Below are positions 49,089-63,234 of a stretch of 64,000 nucleotides of DNA, in pieces. A program made the position numbers and the translations under genes. Every line of letters starts with the position of its first letter. Position 1 is the stretch's first letter. The notes below the pieces were generated by a model that did not search any database, was not told where the DNA came from, and worked only from the letters and a program-made list of their open reading frames with translations. The stretch comes from the human T2T-CHM13v2.0 reference genome, Homo sapiens. The DNA is taken from NCBI RefSeq assembly GCF_009914755.1, contig NC_060929.1; one strand, 5' to 3'.

Positions 49089-50137
49089 CAGGGTTAGGAA
49101 GGCTTTTTCTTTTTTTAAAAAATTATACTTTAAGTTCTGGGATACATGTGCAGAACATGCAGGTTTGTTACGTAGGTATACACGCGCCATGGTGGTTTGC
49201 TGCACCCATCAACCCTTCACCTACATTAGGTGTTTCTCCTAATGTTATCCCTCCTCTAGGCCCCCACCCCCGACAGGCCCCAGTGTGTGATGTTCCCCCT
49301 GCTCGTGTTCTTGTGTTCTCATTGTTCATCTCCCACTTTTGAGTGGGAACACGTGGTGTTGGTTTTCTGTTCCTGTGTTAGTTTGCTGAGAATGATGGTT
49401 TCCAGCTTCATCCATGTCCATGAAAAGGACAGGAACTCATGCTTTTTTATGGCTGTATAGTATTCCATGGTGTATATGTGCCATATTTTCTCTATCCAGT
49501 CTATCATTGATGGGCATTTGGGTTGGTTCCAAGTCTTTGCTATTGTGAATAGTTCTGCAATAAATATACACATGCATCTCACGTCAGTTAGAATGGCAAT
49601 CATTAAAAAGTCAGGACAACAGATGCTGGAGAGGATGTGGAGAAATAGGAACACTTTTACATTGTTGGTAGGAGTGCAAATTAGTTCAACCATTGTGGAA
49701 GACAATGTGGTAATTCCTCAAGGATCTAGAACCAGAAATACCATTTGACCCAGCCATCCCATTACTGGGTATATGCCCAAAGGATTATAAATCATTCTAC
49801 TATAAAGGAAAGCTTTTTCTATAAAGCATCAGATAATAAATATTTTTAGCTTTGTGTATCATGCAGTATCTGTTGCAGCTACTCAACTCTGCCATTGCAT
49901 TGGGAAAGCAATCCTGGAAATTATATAAAGGAAGGCATGTTGGTATGTTTCATAAAACTTATTTATGAACACTAAAATCTGAATTTCATATAATTTTCAT
50001 GAGTTATGAAATATTGTTCTTCTTTGGACTTTTTTTCCACCCACCAGAAAGCATAAGTCATCCTTAGGTCATGAGCTTTACAAAAACAGGCAACAGGCCA
50101 GATTTGTCCTATGGACTATAGTTTGCTCTGACCCTTG
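49089..50137 (+). mobile_element. MER58B-like hAT-Charlie element split by an L1PA
   Basis: CAGGG start; after the L1: AGATAATAAATATTTTTAGCTTTG...GCAGCTACTCAACTCTGCCATTG...GGCCAGATTTG...TAGTTTGC..ACCCTTG. Confidence 0.85.
49111..49806 (-). mobile_element. L1PA (about PA7 age) 3' fragment with 5' inversion (twin priming)
   Basis: Antisense 3' end 49111-49577, sense segment 49575-49807; TSD AGGAA(G/A)GCTTTTTCT at 49096-49110 and 49806-49820. Confidence 0.93.
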
Positions 50138-50389
50138 ATGTAATGCAATAAATTCCTATCTTTTTTTATTTTGAGGGGAAAGTTATGTGTTCCATTATGC
50201 ACAATCTAAAACATCCTAACGGAAAATGAAGACTTCATTAAAAAGGGGACATTTAAACCACATTTTCAGAAATCAGTAGAATTTGGACATGAAAATACAG
50301 TACAAAGAAATGACATGAGAAAATAAAGAGATTAAAAAATGCTCATGCTAGAAGTAAAGTTTGTTTTCTAGGGGGATATAAATGCACGG

Positions 50390-50610
50390 ACCCACCAACA
50401 CACAAGGAAATCATATGACCATAAAATTTGGGAATTTCTGAATCTTGTGTATTTTCTTGGAAATACAGCGTCCATTAACATATTAAATTCTCTGAGAAGT
50501 TCTGGGTAAAGAAACACTCTGTTTATCTTTGTTTAGCCGAGAACTTTCCAAGCATATTTGTTGATGAAACAACATTTTGGTGGCCTACCTGTTAGTCTCA
50601 CTTAGAACAG
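50390..50610. mobile_element. Charlie4-like hAT fragment
   Basis: CATTAACATATTAAATTCTCTGAGAAGTTCTGGGTAAAGAAAC...CTTTGTTTAGCC resembles recalled consensus. Confidence 0.45.
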
Positions 50611-51202
50611 TACTCAGGGTATACCAACACGAGCACCCTGAAAGTGAGTGATATGTTTGGACAGGTCCAGTGAGGACATTGACAGTTCCCATTTAAATGA
50701 AAGAAGTGTTAAACCTAAACAAGCAGAATAGACACCATGGATGCCCCAACCAGACAGGACCTTATTACAAAACTTCAGAGAGGAGGTAATGAGAACCTGA
50801 ACTACACAAATCTGTATCTGAAATAGAAAGAAAAGGAGCAAGATCAGATTTAGAGGACAAGGGGGAGAGACTGGTCAAAATAACCAGACCCTTAGCCTAG
50901 AAGACTGAAAATGAAAAGAGAAACAGATTTCATGAAGTAAGTTTAGATTTGTTACATCGACTCTGAGCTATTTATTGGACAGCTGAAGTACCTGGTGGGC
51001 CTTCAGAAGAGAAACCACGAAGAATGTTGGGGACTTGCTCATCATCTACCTAGAGATGATGGTTAAGACCCAAGACCATGTGCAATCACTAAAAAGGATG
51101 GGAAGAAAAGGCAATTAATGAAGATTCACACACATCTTTAAGGGAAGGGAGGCAAATTTGGTCAAAAAGGTAGAAAGAGTACCATGAACACTATGGCCAC
51201 AT

Positions 51203-51756
51203 TGTTGCCAGGAAAGGGGTTCCCAATTCAGACCCCAAGAGAAGGTTCTGGAATCTCACACAAGAAAGAATTCAAGGCGAGTCACAGAGTGCAGTGAGAA
51301 GAGAGAGTATATTGAAAGCCACTCCATTACAGGGTAGGGCATCCTCAGAAATCAGGTAGAGGAACACACCAACCTCGTTTTAAGCTCTTCTTATATAGGA
51401 GTTGTCTATGTGAAGACTAAACCAAGTTGTGCCTATGTGTGGGTGGGCCGACAGCATGACAAAATTTATTATTTTTATTAATTTAAAGAAAACTATCATT
51501 GACATTTTAGTGTGTAAGTACATCAAAGCATAACTATAATTATCTGAAAGCATCTATTGTTATGGGCATTGGGACATCTGCACTTTCTGTTGTCCTGGAA
51601 GTTTGTCCTTGCAGGCATTCTAAGCTGCTTAGTTGGCTGTAAACATCATAGGACCATGGGTCGTAACTGGCGAGGAATGTGCCTTGCTACTTTTAAGATG
51701 AAGTTGATTTTAAAATAGTGTCACTCTAGCTCTCCTAGGCTCCTGCTTTCCGAACA
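51203..51756 (-). mobile_element. ERV1 solo LTR (MER51/MER4-group-like end)
   Basis: TGTTGCCAGGAAAGGGGTTCCCAATTCAGACCCCAAGAGAAGGTTCT start, AACA end; 4-bp TSD ACAT/GCAT; lies within antisense L2 remnants. Confidence 0.85.
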
Positions 51757-54114
51757 GCATAAGCCAAAAGGGACAGTTTAAGAAGGAGAAACTGGTCAAA
51801 CATGTCAAGAATAGAGAAAGGATAGGCAGGACCAAAAGACGGCCCTTCAGTGAACTTCTGAGAAATTCCTTTAGGGCAGTGAGAGCAGAAGCCCAGTTGC
51901 AAAGGAAGCCATGGTCAGTGGGCGGGGAGAGAAGGCATCTGGGGGACAGAGTTTCACTATTCCTTTTAGAAAGTTGGCAATGAAAACAATGGAAGAAATT
52001 CCACGGACTTTTGTGGGGAAAAATAAATGCATTCCATGGGAAAAGCTATTTAAGAAAAGAGAGAAGAGAGCAGTTGATGAAAGTGAAGTAATGAATGAAG
52101 ATAAAAAAGGAACATGGGAGGGAGGTAGGAGGTGCAGAAGGGAGATAAAGGAAGCCCAGCAGAGCCATTGCCTCAACAGTGAGGACAGAGAAACAGAGCA
52201 GGAGACAGCTGGATTGAGACGGAGCACCAGACACATGGCATGGTTCTCATCTTCATGAACTGAGGAGCAGAGGCATTTTTGCACATGGAAGGGAGTAGCC
52301 ATGGGTGCTATGGAGAGGAAATGGGCTCCGACCTCTCATATGCAGGGTAAATGTCTCCTTATCTGTGCAACTGAGACAATGATCCAAAGGCATGGCCCAC
52401 AAGATGTAATAAATGCTGACTACATTGGCTACACAGTCAAACCTCAGTAAATTTTAGCTTCTGTCTTTCCATCTGCCTTTCCTTCTTCCCTCCTCCTTTC
52501 TATGTTCATTTCTTCTCCCTTCCTATTTTCCTCTTCCCTCTTTTCTTCATTCTTTCCATGGAGAGGAAAAGTTTGCAACATCCACGGTTGACGATATTAC
52601 AGGGAATGCATTAATGATCTCTTTCTTCAGTCTTTCCCCAAGTCATACCCTCCCAACCAAACACACATGGCTACTGAGATGCTTCATTGCCTTCCTTTTA
52701 TATTTCCTATGTATTTACCCATAGCCTTCCTGCCAGTTCAGTTTCATAAGTAAACTCCAACATCTGAGGGCTCTGAGTGTGCTTAAGTGCATCATAGCCA
52801 CCATCCCGGCTGTGGGAAGAATCCCAGGAAAATATTCCAGGCAAATTAAAACCCATTCTCTTTCTAAAGACTTCCAGCAAAGGCTGATTAATAATTCATT
52901 CTGATCTTTAATAACTGTCTGTGTTAAGAAATCTTTCCTATAGATCTTCTAAATCCTGCCTGCTGCTGTGGGAATGGGAGCCTTTGAATAGTTGTGGTTA
53001 ATTACTGGAGGCACCCATTTCTACTGAGATTCTTTTGCCAATAATTATTTATGAAAAGTGTGACCAGTGCACAGACCAAGTCAAATCCTCTTCTACAATT
53101 TGTTTCTCCCCTTTCAGCAAAGGTAATTGACACAGTTTCACAGAAGGCATCTAAGCTCTATGTAAGTGTGCATGAAATTCTGATACACACTGCAGTTCAA
53201 CTCCCCACACTGTGAAAGAAAGCTCCCAGAGTTTGTCAAGAGCCCATGGCTCATTGGTGTAATTCTACATAAAGAAAAGAAACGTGCAAGTGTTCCAGAT
53301 TCACTCAATATTCACTGCTTGCCAAGTCCTTTGCTGTTCACGAGGGCTACCCAGCAGGGCTTCTCCGTATATTATCAGGCAATGAATAAAACAAGAAAAT
53401 GAATTACTCTATAAAATGCAGCCCAGCTTGGGATGGCATCAATTCCATTTTTGAAGGTGAAGAATCAGAAACCCATTTCTTAAACTTTGTCCATTTTCTC
53501 AGCTACCATCTGCGGAAAGTGGGGACGTTGCAGGACAAGATGTTGCCAGGTCTATGTGCTGGGTGGTTCAGGAGCAACTCCATCCACACTGTTGGTTTTG
53601 CCTGAGTCTATTTGCTTTTGGTTGATCAAAGTCTTGTAGTCATGTTTGAAACATCATCCATACTCTGTTTCTTTGTTATACTCCACAGCATTCTTGGCAT
53701 CATCATGGCAACAAGATCGAATGCAGAACCCCCTCATCCTTCCCCTCAACATAGGCTGTCTCCTATGCCCCAAGCTCCTGCAGCTGAGGCTTTCACTGCT
53801 GCCTGTACATGTCCACACGGTTGCAATCAAGTTCATGCCTTTGTTCAGGGGCTGCATTTCTAATCAGTTCCCAGGTTGGGGCAATGCTGCTGGCCAATGC
53901 TGCTTTCATTTTGAGATGCAAGCTTCTAGATGCTCCAATTGGCCAAAATAAAATGAAATATGTGTTTAAGACATAAGCTCTTGAAATATGCATTTAGGGG
54001 ATATCAAGCATAATATCAACTTTACATAAAAATTCAACTCTCTTATTACAAACTTAGCATCATCAAATAAATCATCTTTTTTTTCCCAAAGAAATTCTGA
54101 GATACCCTAGGACA

Positions 54115-54308
54115 GCCATGCTCAAGTCTAGTTGCACATTACAGGCATCTGGAAGGTGACAGGAAGGAGGAAGACATTTTAAAAATACAAATGCCCCAAC
54201 CACACTCCTAAACAAGCTAAAGCACAATACCTGCAGGGAAGACACAGGCTTCATCTGGACAAAAGCTCCCCAGGAGACTCAATATGAAGTCAAGCTTAGG
54301 ATCCACTG
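54115..54308. mobile_element. MER5A-like MITE
   Basis: TTTAAAAATACAAATGCCC...AAAAGCTCCCCAGGAGACTCAATATG...GGATCCACTG. Confidence 0.65.
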
Positions 54309-55049
54309 AACTGGCACCTCATTTTACCTTTGCCCATGACTTGACAGAAATTACACTATGCAGTCTACATCAGATATTGAAAGCAAAGTAACTTCCCAAT
54401 GCTAGTTACCCAAACCACCTAGTTATGGGTAAACTTTCTCTTAATAATTCCTAACTGATGCTTTTCCAAAAACTCTGCCTCTACTTACAGAATAACCCAG
54501 ATAATTTTCCCTGAAAATCCCAATATTTAATTTTGCCACTGTAGTGTTGGATAAAATATATTAAAAAATTGAATTATAATTTACAGGCATCTGTTTTTAT
54601 TTTAATCTTGCAATTTTCTATTTCTTAACAGTATCTGAATATTCTTTGCTCTCCTTAGAAGAAAGATACTAATTTTAAAGGTCTGTCACTGATAATAGGT
54701 TTGAATCCATGCACAAAGAGCTTCCCTAAATGATCTCAGGAGAGAGTTTTATAAATGACTGGGGGTATTGATCCTGCTATCTTCTCTAGTTGAGCCAGAA
54801 CCCCCTTAAGTGAAATGTGACCTAGATCAGGGCAATTATAGCAGAAGGTTAAGTCACCATTCAGCTGCCAGAGCCTTGGGACAAGAGCAATATTTTGCTT
54901 TTCTGATGCGACAGGAACAAGCATAGCCTGAGAGAAGAGTGTTGATGTGCAAAGATCCTGCAATTTCACTCCAGGTACATACCCAGGAGAACTGAAAATC
55001 AAACAAGTTCACATACACACGTGTATAGCAGTACTCCTCACAATAGCCA

Positions 55050-55945
55050 TGTTAGCTAAACTCAGCCCCTCACCAACTGCACCCAAACGTCTTGTGGCCA
55101 AGAGGACCCCAAAAAACCTTCAAACTGAGCTCCTGGCCATGATGGGACAGAAGGTCGGACATGTCTCGTTATACCGCCTTCCTGTTACAGTTTAGACACA
55201 ACAACTGACCAACATTAATGTTAAAATGGAGATCATAAGACTGACAGAACAGACTCTGTGGCAACAAGATACCAAATTATAAACAGGACCCAAGGCCATA
55301 CCAGGCAAATGTTAAATCACACACCCCCATACTTAAAGAATAAACTATATTCTAACCAACACACATTTTTTCTTTTTCTCTAGCAGTTAAACAAGCACTG
55401 GCCATGACATAAAACAATACTAAAACAATTGTAGCCCAACTTGCTCAGGAACGTGAACTCACTCCCTGTTCCAGCAGCCATAGCTGCAGCTTTTTTTGGA
55501 CAAGAGACTGATTTCTGTTAATTTTCTCCTAATAAGAAGACCACCGACTATGGACCAGTTCTGACAGGGTTACAGAGACCACGCACTTGCACGCTTCTGT
55601 ATCCTGAAAAGACCTCTTGACATATAGAGCCTAACTGTAATACATTTAAATGTTAAGTCTCCACCCCAAAGTGAGCATGGGTCATATGTTACATGCATGT
55701 GTGTAATACGTATGCATCAGGACCACCTCCATGAATATTCATAGGTCCTCCTGTCACCTGTTGAATATGTGTATTAGACAGCCCATTCAGCATAAAGCTC
55801 CTGCCCCAGCTCCTCCTCTGGTGTTGGCTGGAGCCCGTGCTTCCCAGCCTGCCGGATGGCCACCTTGCGGGCTGTAACCCTTTATAGGAAAAAAAGTCTC
55901 CTCTCCTTTTCTAAATTTATAGATTGCGTTATGTTTTTGTTAACA
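55050..55945 (+). mobile_element. ERV1 MER4-group solo LTR (~900 bp, MER49-like)
   Basis: TGTTA...TAACA termini; 4-bp TSD GCCA at 55046-55049 and 55946-55949. Confidence 0.88.
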
Positions 55946-56054
55946 GCCAAAAGGCAGAAGCAGCCCAAATGTCCAGCAACAGATAGACAAATAAACACAT
56001 TGTGGCACACACATGCAGTGTAATAGTATTCAGCCTTATAAAGGAGTGAAGTAT

Positions 56055-56359
<305 letters not shown>

Positions 56360-57454
56360 GGAGTGAAGTACTTACCACACTACAACGTGGATGACTCTCA
56401 GAAACATCAGTTAAGTGAAAGAAACCAGAACGAAAAAGTTACATGCTGTGTGATACCATTCATATGAAACATCCAGAGTAGATAAATCAAAAGAGACAGA
56501 ATGCACACTGGAGGCTGTCGGGACTGCAGAAGAGGAATGGGAAGAAACTCTTTAATGGGTAAAGGGCTTTACTTTGGAGTGATGGAAATGTTTAAACTAG
56601 ATAGAGGAGATGGTTGCACAGCATTGTGAACATACTAAATGCCTCTGGATTGCTCATTTTAAAATGGCTAATTTTTATGTGAAGTTGAATTTTTTTAATA
56701 TGGAAGACATTTGGCATATCTGATGGTAATAAGGCTACGGAGAAAAATAAATCCAGGAAGGAGGATGGGCAATGCTGGTGAGAGTCACATATTCACATAG
56801 GGTGGCCAGAGAAATGTGTCTCTGAAAAGCTGAATTTGAGCAAACCCTAAGGGGCTGGGGAGAGAACCATGAGGATATCTCTGAAAAGACCACTCCAGGC
56901 AGAAGGAGGTGGGAGCACATCTGAAGAACAGCCAGGCAGCCAAGGTCAGAGACTCGGCTACACCTGCACTCGTGGCTCTAAGACGCTCACAAAGACTAGA
57001 GGGTCTTATGCTAGAAACCAAAGGAACTCCAGGATGAATCAAATAGAGGTTGGTGCAGTGGGAGAAAATGAGAAATAACCTAAATTACATGTAAAGCATT
57101 GAATTTAAATCTTGTTATAAACTGAGCTACAATACTTTTACAGTGTGATTAAAACTTATTACCTGTTATAATGACTTATTATAGAAACAGCATAATTAAG
57201 TTATAAGAACTTTAATATACATTGTTAATTTACCATGTTTATTGGAAATCAGTCTCTTCAGGGAAAAAGACCATAGCTCGGGTCTCGGGGATTCCTCTGG
57301 GGAGGAGCTTGCGCGGATGCCAGGGGCTCTGGGAGTCACACAGTAGACCCTGGGGCAACCAGAGAAACCCACCCTGCAGAGGGACGGTGTGTGTTAAGCC
57401 TCAGGGATTTTGTTGGTCAGGTTTTCCTAGAAGCGCCAGGAGCAGGCTCCCAAG

Positions 57455-57585
57455 GGGGAAGAACTTAGACTTTGGAGCCAGGAGACCTGGGTTCAACAAC
57501 AGGCCCTGATACCCACTACCTGTGCCACCTTGGGCAGGTAATCGCACCCCACTGAGCCCCAGATACCTCATCTACATATTAAAAC
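57455..57585 (+). mobile_element. MIR fragment
   Basis: AGACTTTGGAGCCAGGAGACCTGGGTTCAA...ACCTTGGGCAGGTAA...CTGAGCC..CTCATCT. Confidence 0.75.
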
Positions 57586-57596
57586 CATGTGGGACT

Positions 57597-57924
57597 ACAC
57601 ACGCACACACAGAGATGCATGCATGCACACACACACAGATGCATGCACGCACACACACGGATGCATGCATGCACACACAGATGCACACGTGCACACAGAC
57701 ACACACATGCACACACACAGATGCACGCATGCACACACACAAATGCATCCATGTACATGGATGCACACACAGATGCATGCATGCACACACAGATGCATGC
57801 ATGCGCACACACAGATGCACGCATGCACACAGATGCACACATGCACACACACAAAGATGCACGCATGCACACACACACAGATGCACGCATGCACACACAC
57901 ATACACACACACACACAGATGCAC
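57597..57924. repeat. Complex tandem repeat of (CA)n-GATGCA(T/C)GCATG units
   Basis: Read directly; explains the H/T/A/C/V/M-rich ORFs in all six frames. Confidence 0.95.
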
Positions 57925-58727
57925 TCAAGCAGTGCGTCCATCCACCCAACAGCAAAATAGATGTCAAGTTTCAAACACCATAAACCTCCCAGAACTCCCA
58001 AGCTTCGTCTTACCTGCGCCTCCCAGCCTCTCCATTCTCTGCCTCTCTTCACCTCACCCCCTGCTCCACAGCCATCCTTCTCCATCTCTCTGACACCTAC
58101 TCCCTGCATTTCTGTCTTACCCCCTGTCTCTTTCCTTCTCCTCTCCCAGATCCCTAGGTTCATCTCCTCCCCCAGGAAGCCAATGCCATCTGCCTGCTAC
58201 TTAGAAATGGCTTCCCCTGCCCAATTCCATCCCATTTCCTCTGCTGCTCCTTTGCCAGGGACCTCTCTGAGGTTCTGTTCTAGGTCAAGGCAGCTCTCGG
58301 GCCTCCACTCTCTTAAGTAGCAGGTATTATTGAGAGCTCAGAAGCCAGAAGGGACCTAGGGCTGATCTGACTCAACCCCTAAAGATCCAGGAAGGTGATG
58401 CCATGTATTTACAGAATGACTATATTTAAGATAGCTTGACAAGATGAAAACTAAAGACAAGCAAACAAGCAAAACTGATTACATGGTGTATAATTCATAT
58501 GGTTCGCCAGGTTTTTTGATTTGTTTGATTTTGTTTTTAATTGTTTGGCACTTTACATACTTCTCCTAGAGCAATGTTTCCAAAACTGGTCTGAAGATGA
58601 GTAGGTCCCAGCTCTATGCCCAGGAGGCCCACTCCGCACAGCTTCAGAGAGCTTGGAGGCACAAGGGATTACTGTGGCAGGTGCAGCTCAGGGGCTCACC
58701 ACACAGGGCTCAGGCAGGGAATGGTGG

Positions 58728-59098
58728 TGATATGGTTTGGCTGTGTTCCCACCCACATCTCATCTTGAATCGTAGTTCCTGTAATCCCCATGTGTCATGG
58801 GAGGGACCCAGTGGGAGGTAATTGAATCATGGAGACAGTTACCCTGATGCTGTTCTCATGATAGTGAGTGAGTTCTCACGAGATCTGATGGTTTTATAAG
58901 GGGTTTTCTCTGCTTTGCATGGCACTTCTCTCTCCTGCCACCTTGTGAAGAAGGACATTTTGCTTCCCCTTCCACCATGACTGTAAGTTTCCTGAGGCCT
59001 CCGAGCCATGTGGAACTGTGAGTCAATTAAACCTCTTCCCTTTATAAATTTTCCAGTCTTGGGTATTTCTTCATAGCAGTGTAAGAACAGATAATACA
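58728..59098 (+). mobile_element. THE1D-like solo LTR
   Basis: Canonical start and ...TAATACA end; TSD GGTGG/GGTGA. Confidence 0.93.
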
Positions 59099-59916
59099 GG
59101 TGAAGCAAGGTAGAAACTGCTGGCCAGCCTGGCACAGTGCATCCTGAGGACCCAAATTCTAATCTGAGGCCCAAAAGTCCCTGTTCTCTTCAGACCTTCT
59201 CATACCTAACTCCAGTTTAATTTCTTTAAGTACCTCTCCCTCAACCACGAATCAGACCACACCAGATCCTCCTCAACTCCTGCTTCTCAGGCCAAGACAG
59301 CCCTTCAGCTGGAACCAGCCTGGGGTCTCCTGCCCTCTAGAACTTCTCTTCTTTGCTTGAGCCAGGCCTCCTGCTACTCAACTCCCCACCCCTCACCTCA
59401 CCCCACAGCTCACCCCACTCCCTCACTCTTCTCCTCCCTGGCAACCTTGCTTTTCTGCGCTTCAAGGTCCAGGTCTGAGCTTTCTCCCATAAAACCTTCC
59501 TTCTGTGAATAATCTTAAGCCCCACTGCTAACACACCAATAACCTAGGCCAAAAATACTTCTTCATTGGTTTGTATTGCTCTCCAGTTGTTTCTTTTGTG
59601 TGAAGTAACTTCCAGAATCCATGACTCACAACTCGTGCTTCTTTGCTGAGCAGAGTTAGGAATTGCAAGTGCAAAGAATTCACCCAGGAAGAAATCCTGT
59701 CTAGGCCTCACTGCAACCTATGAAGAATAGATGGCTGTTGTAGCAGAAAATCCTGACAGGTTGTTTCTGAAAAGAATCTGTCCATGGTCATCCCCTAGAT
59801 GCATGCAGGCTACTCCTTTGCTTAAAATACCTTCTATCTAGCATCCACCCTCTTCCTCTGAACTCTGTCTCTGTATTCATTGCCTAGGGGATACTCACAC
59901 TTAACTTGTCCTGCAT

Positions 59917-60000
59917 TAAACTGAGATCCGCTTTGCACACCCGCTCACTCCTAAACTGAGATCTGCTTTGCACACCTGCTCACTTCTAAGCTGATCTGCT
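59917..60000. repeat. 35-bp tandem repeat, about 2.4 copies
   Basis: TAAACTGAGATC(C/T)GCTTTGCACACC(C/T)GCTCACT(C/T)C at 59917-59951 and 59952-59986, partial third copy. Confidence 0.93.
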
Positions 60001-60199
60001 CGCGGTTTTCTCCAAGTCAGTAAACCTCATTCCCATCACGCAATTGGTGCATTTGGAAACTTGGAAGCTGAAGTTCAGTGTCTCTCATTTTCCTTTGCCT
60101 TCCCCAACTCCTGCCTGCTCTGGGCAGTGTCATTCTCCGCCTGCAGTGTCCGTGTAGCCCCTTGCCCGGTTTCTGCCTTTTGTCACCCACTCCTGCCAT

Positions 60200-60830
60200 T
60201 CATTCTTCATGTGACCCCCTGAGTCACTTTTAATGTGGACTCGAATCAACTCACCTAGCAAGTTTCCTGTGTCACCTTCAGGAAAAGCTCCAGGCCTCGT
60301 GCCGAGGCCTCAAGGCCCTGCAGCCTGTGGCCCCTGCTCCCTTTCTGACTTCCTTCATCCCCTGGCTCACTCAGCTCCTGCCAGGCCGGCCTCCCCATGC
60401 CTCATGGTGGCGATCATGGCTCCCTCCTCTCACTGCCCCTCTTCCTGTCCTCATCCCAGGCTCCTCCCTCACTGGCCTCACGGCTGTGTCAGGAAAAGCC
60501 CTAAATAGCATCCTGCCCACCCTGGCCTCCTGCCCCTCCCACAGGCTTGCTCACACCTTCATCCCTGCCTGGCTCGGCACATTCCCTGTATCCGTCTACT
60601 CCCCTGCCTAGGTCTACATCTGTGTCTGCATGTATTCACACACTCACATAAGTATCTTTATTACAATATGTACATACAGGCTATAGATGTTATAGATGTT
60701 TGTTATTGTCTTTCTTCCTTCTTTAAAGTGTAAGCTCCATAAACAGACTTATTTTCTTGTGTTCACTGCTGTATCCTCAGTACTCAGAACAGATTCTCGC
60801 AATAAATATTTGGAAAGAGAAAGAAAGAAG
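60200..60830 (+). mobile_element. L2 3' end
   Basis: GTAAGCTCCAT...TGTTCACTGCTGTATCC..CAG..CAGAACAG...CAATAAATATTTG canonical L2 terminus; left boundary approximate. Confidence 0.8.
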
Positions 60831-62590
60831 TAGAAAGAGAAGGACGGAAAGAAAAATAGAAGGAAAAAAGGAAAGAGAATCTCCTATTTCCAGCCTGTAG
60901 TTACTTAAGCAACCCAAATAGCACCAAAACTGGTTACTTCTATCATGTCAGAAAAAAATATTTCCTACAGATAATCAAGACTTCAAAAAGGTATTTCAAA
61001 TGGATAGCCAGGTCTCTAGAGTGGCAATTAGGAGAAAATGGTAAGAAATCATTTGGAGGGGCTTTCAATTTGATGAGAGAGATTTTAGTTAGAACAGATG
61101 GATACGAAAAGTCTGAGGCTAAGAAACACAGAAGAATGGGGAACAATTAGCAAATGTGTAAGTGGTGAATGGCCTGAAACCCTGTGACAGACATTTATAA
61201 GTGGGCGCATGTGAAAAACGAGAAACTGCCTGTGAAAGGGGTGAGACAACACCTCACACCGCTCCAATCACAAGCCTTTGCCCAAAGCTGGTGATCACGC
61301 AGCTTTGTTAACACAGGCTGCTGTAATTGCACAGTTGCACACAGACCATTAGGAAGCTTCCGGAGCAGAGGCAGGAGGCTAATTTGGGGAGGTGAGGGGG
61401 TGAGTATTCATTTCAGAAGGTCTTCTCCCAGCCACACATGCTACTTGGAAATGGACAGCCTTGTGCTAGGGCGATTGTTCCGTTAGATAAATTACCGACA
61501 TTCACACACATGCTTTCTGACTCCAGGCAGTTAAATATTCGCAAGTATCACCTGGTACCCAGAAAAACTGCACTGTCTGCTATATCATACAAACTTTATC
61601 TTTTCTTTGCTTCCAAGTTCAATTAAAACACTCTCCAGTCAAGTTCCATTGATTTACTATAACATATGCTTAAAACTCAGCGAAGATATAACTGATTTAT
61701 AAAGCACAATATCCTGTTGATGAGCAAAAGATGCCATAAGGTAACTGACAAGCTGTGTTGGCAGATCATCTTGCTCATGTTATGGGAGACTTTCTCTTTT
61801 TTTTTAATGTTCTCCCTGACTCTTTTCAAAATTGCTGGGATGGTTATATAATCGATCATGTAATGTGTGTTTTCAAAGGAGCTGTGAGAGAAATACATTC
61901 TCTGAAAATCACATAGAAATTTAAAATGTCATGCAGTTTTCCTGACAAGAAATAAATATCTCTCTCTACCCTTCCAAGATGAAGTTAGTTCTGCAAGCTG
62001 CCGGGGTGGAAACATGTCCCAAGCATATCTGATCATACCAATAAGGTTTGTGCTTTCATCCCTTGACCCAACACCCCAAAAGGATAGATTTTCACGTTTA
62101 GGTTCCTGTAGCCATGAGCCCTGACAGCCGAGGAGGTTGGTGGAGAGGAAGGTCAGCTCCACTAGTCCTTTTTGACCACATCCATTCATGGAACCCACCT
62201 AGGGACTGTACAGGGACCCCAAAAGTCAGTATATAGGCATTCCATCCAGCCCGCGTTATGGAAGCGTTTTGTTGTTTGTTTTGCTATGTAAAGGAAAATA
62301 AAAATCTCAAGATCCGCTCCCCCACCCCCACAAAGTTACACAAAAATAAACATTAATCCCTGAAGCTGAGTCATAAAACCTGCTCTTACAAATGAATGGC
62401 TGTTACTAGCATTAGACAGCCAAATCCCCATTAAAAGGTAAAGGCCTCAGGCATCTGGAAGGGCTGCCCCGACAAATCATTCGTAAGTCAAATTTTGCCG
62501 GCCTCCAATAAACAAGGACATGCCAATTTTAACTTCAGGTCTGCAATCTAAGTCCAGCTGCTAGAACTCCACACCAATAATGTCCCTTTC

Positions 62591-62862
<272 letters not shown>

Positions 62863-63027
62863 AATAATGTCCCTTTCAAACTCACCTTAGCAGAGCAGAA
62901 CAAAGTCCAGACTCATTTCTCCACCTACCCAGAGATCTCTGCATAATCGACTTTTCCTTGACTCCCTTTTTCTCTTCAGACATTCACCTTTTATGTGAAA
63001 TGTAGATTTACTCGACACTAACTAAAG

Positions 63028-63234
63028 CATAAGTGTTCAATCTTTTGGCTTCCCTGGGCCACATTGGAAGAAGAACAATTGTCTTGGGCAACACATAAGA
63101 TACACTAACATTAATGATAGCTGATGAGTTAAAAACAAGAATTGCAAAAACATCTCATAATGTTTTAAGAAAGTTTAGGAATTTGTGTTGGGCCACATTC
63201 AAAGCCGTCCTGGGCCACTGGTTGAACAAGCTTG
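63028..63234 (+). mobile_element. MER30 hAT-Charlie MITE
   Basis: CAATCTTTTGGCTTCCCTGGGCCACATTGGAAGAAGAA...GGTTGAACAAGCTTG; 8-bp TSD AACTAAAG/AACTGAAG. Confidence 0.92.

Noticed and set aside
49319-49748. L1 ORF2-like peptides on both strands
   Set aside because: C-terminal L1 fragments joined by the twin-priming inversion; not a gene
57522-58163. Long overlapping ORFs (109-194 aa) in all six frames
   Set aside because: Translation of a stop-free CA/GCAT tandem repeat; low-complexity peptides
59917-60000. 35-bp direct repeats of CRISPR-like length
   Set aside because: Head-to-tail with no spacers, eukaryotic context, no cas genes
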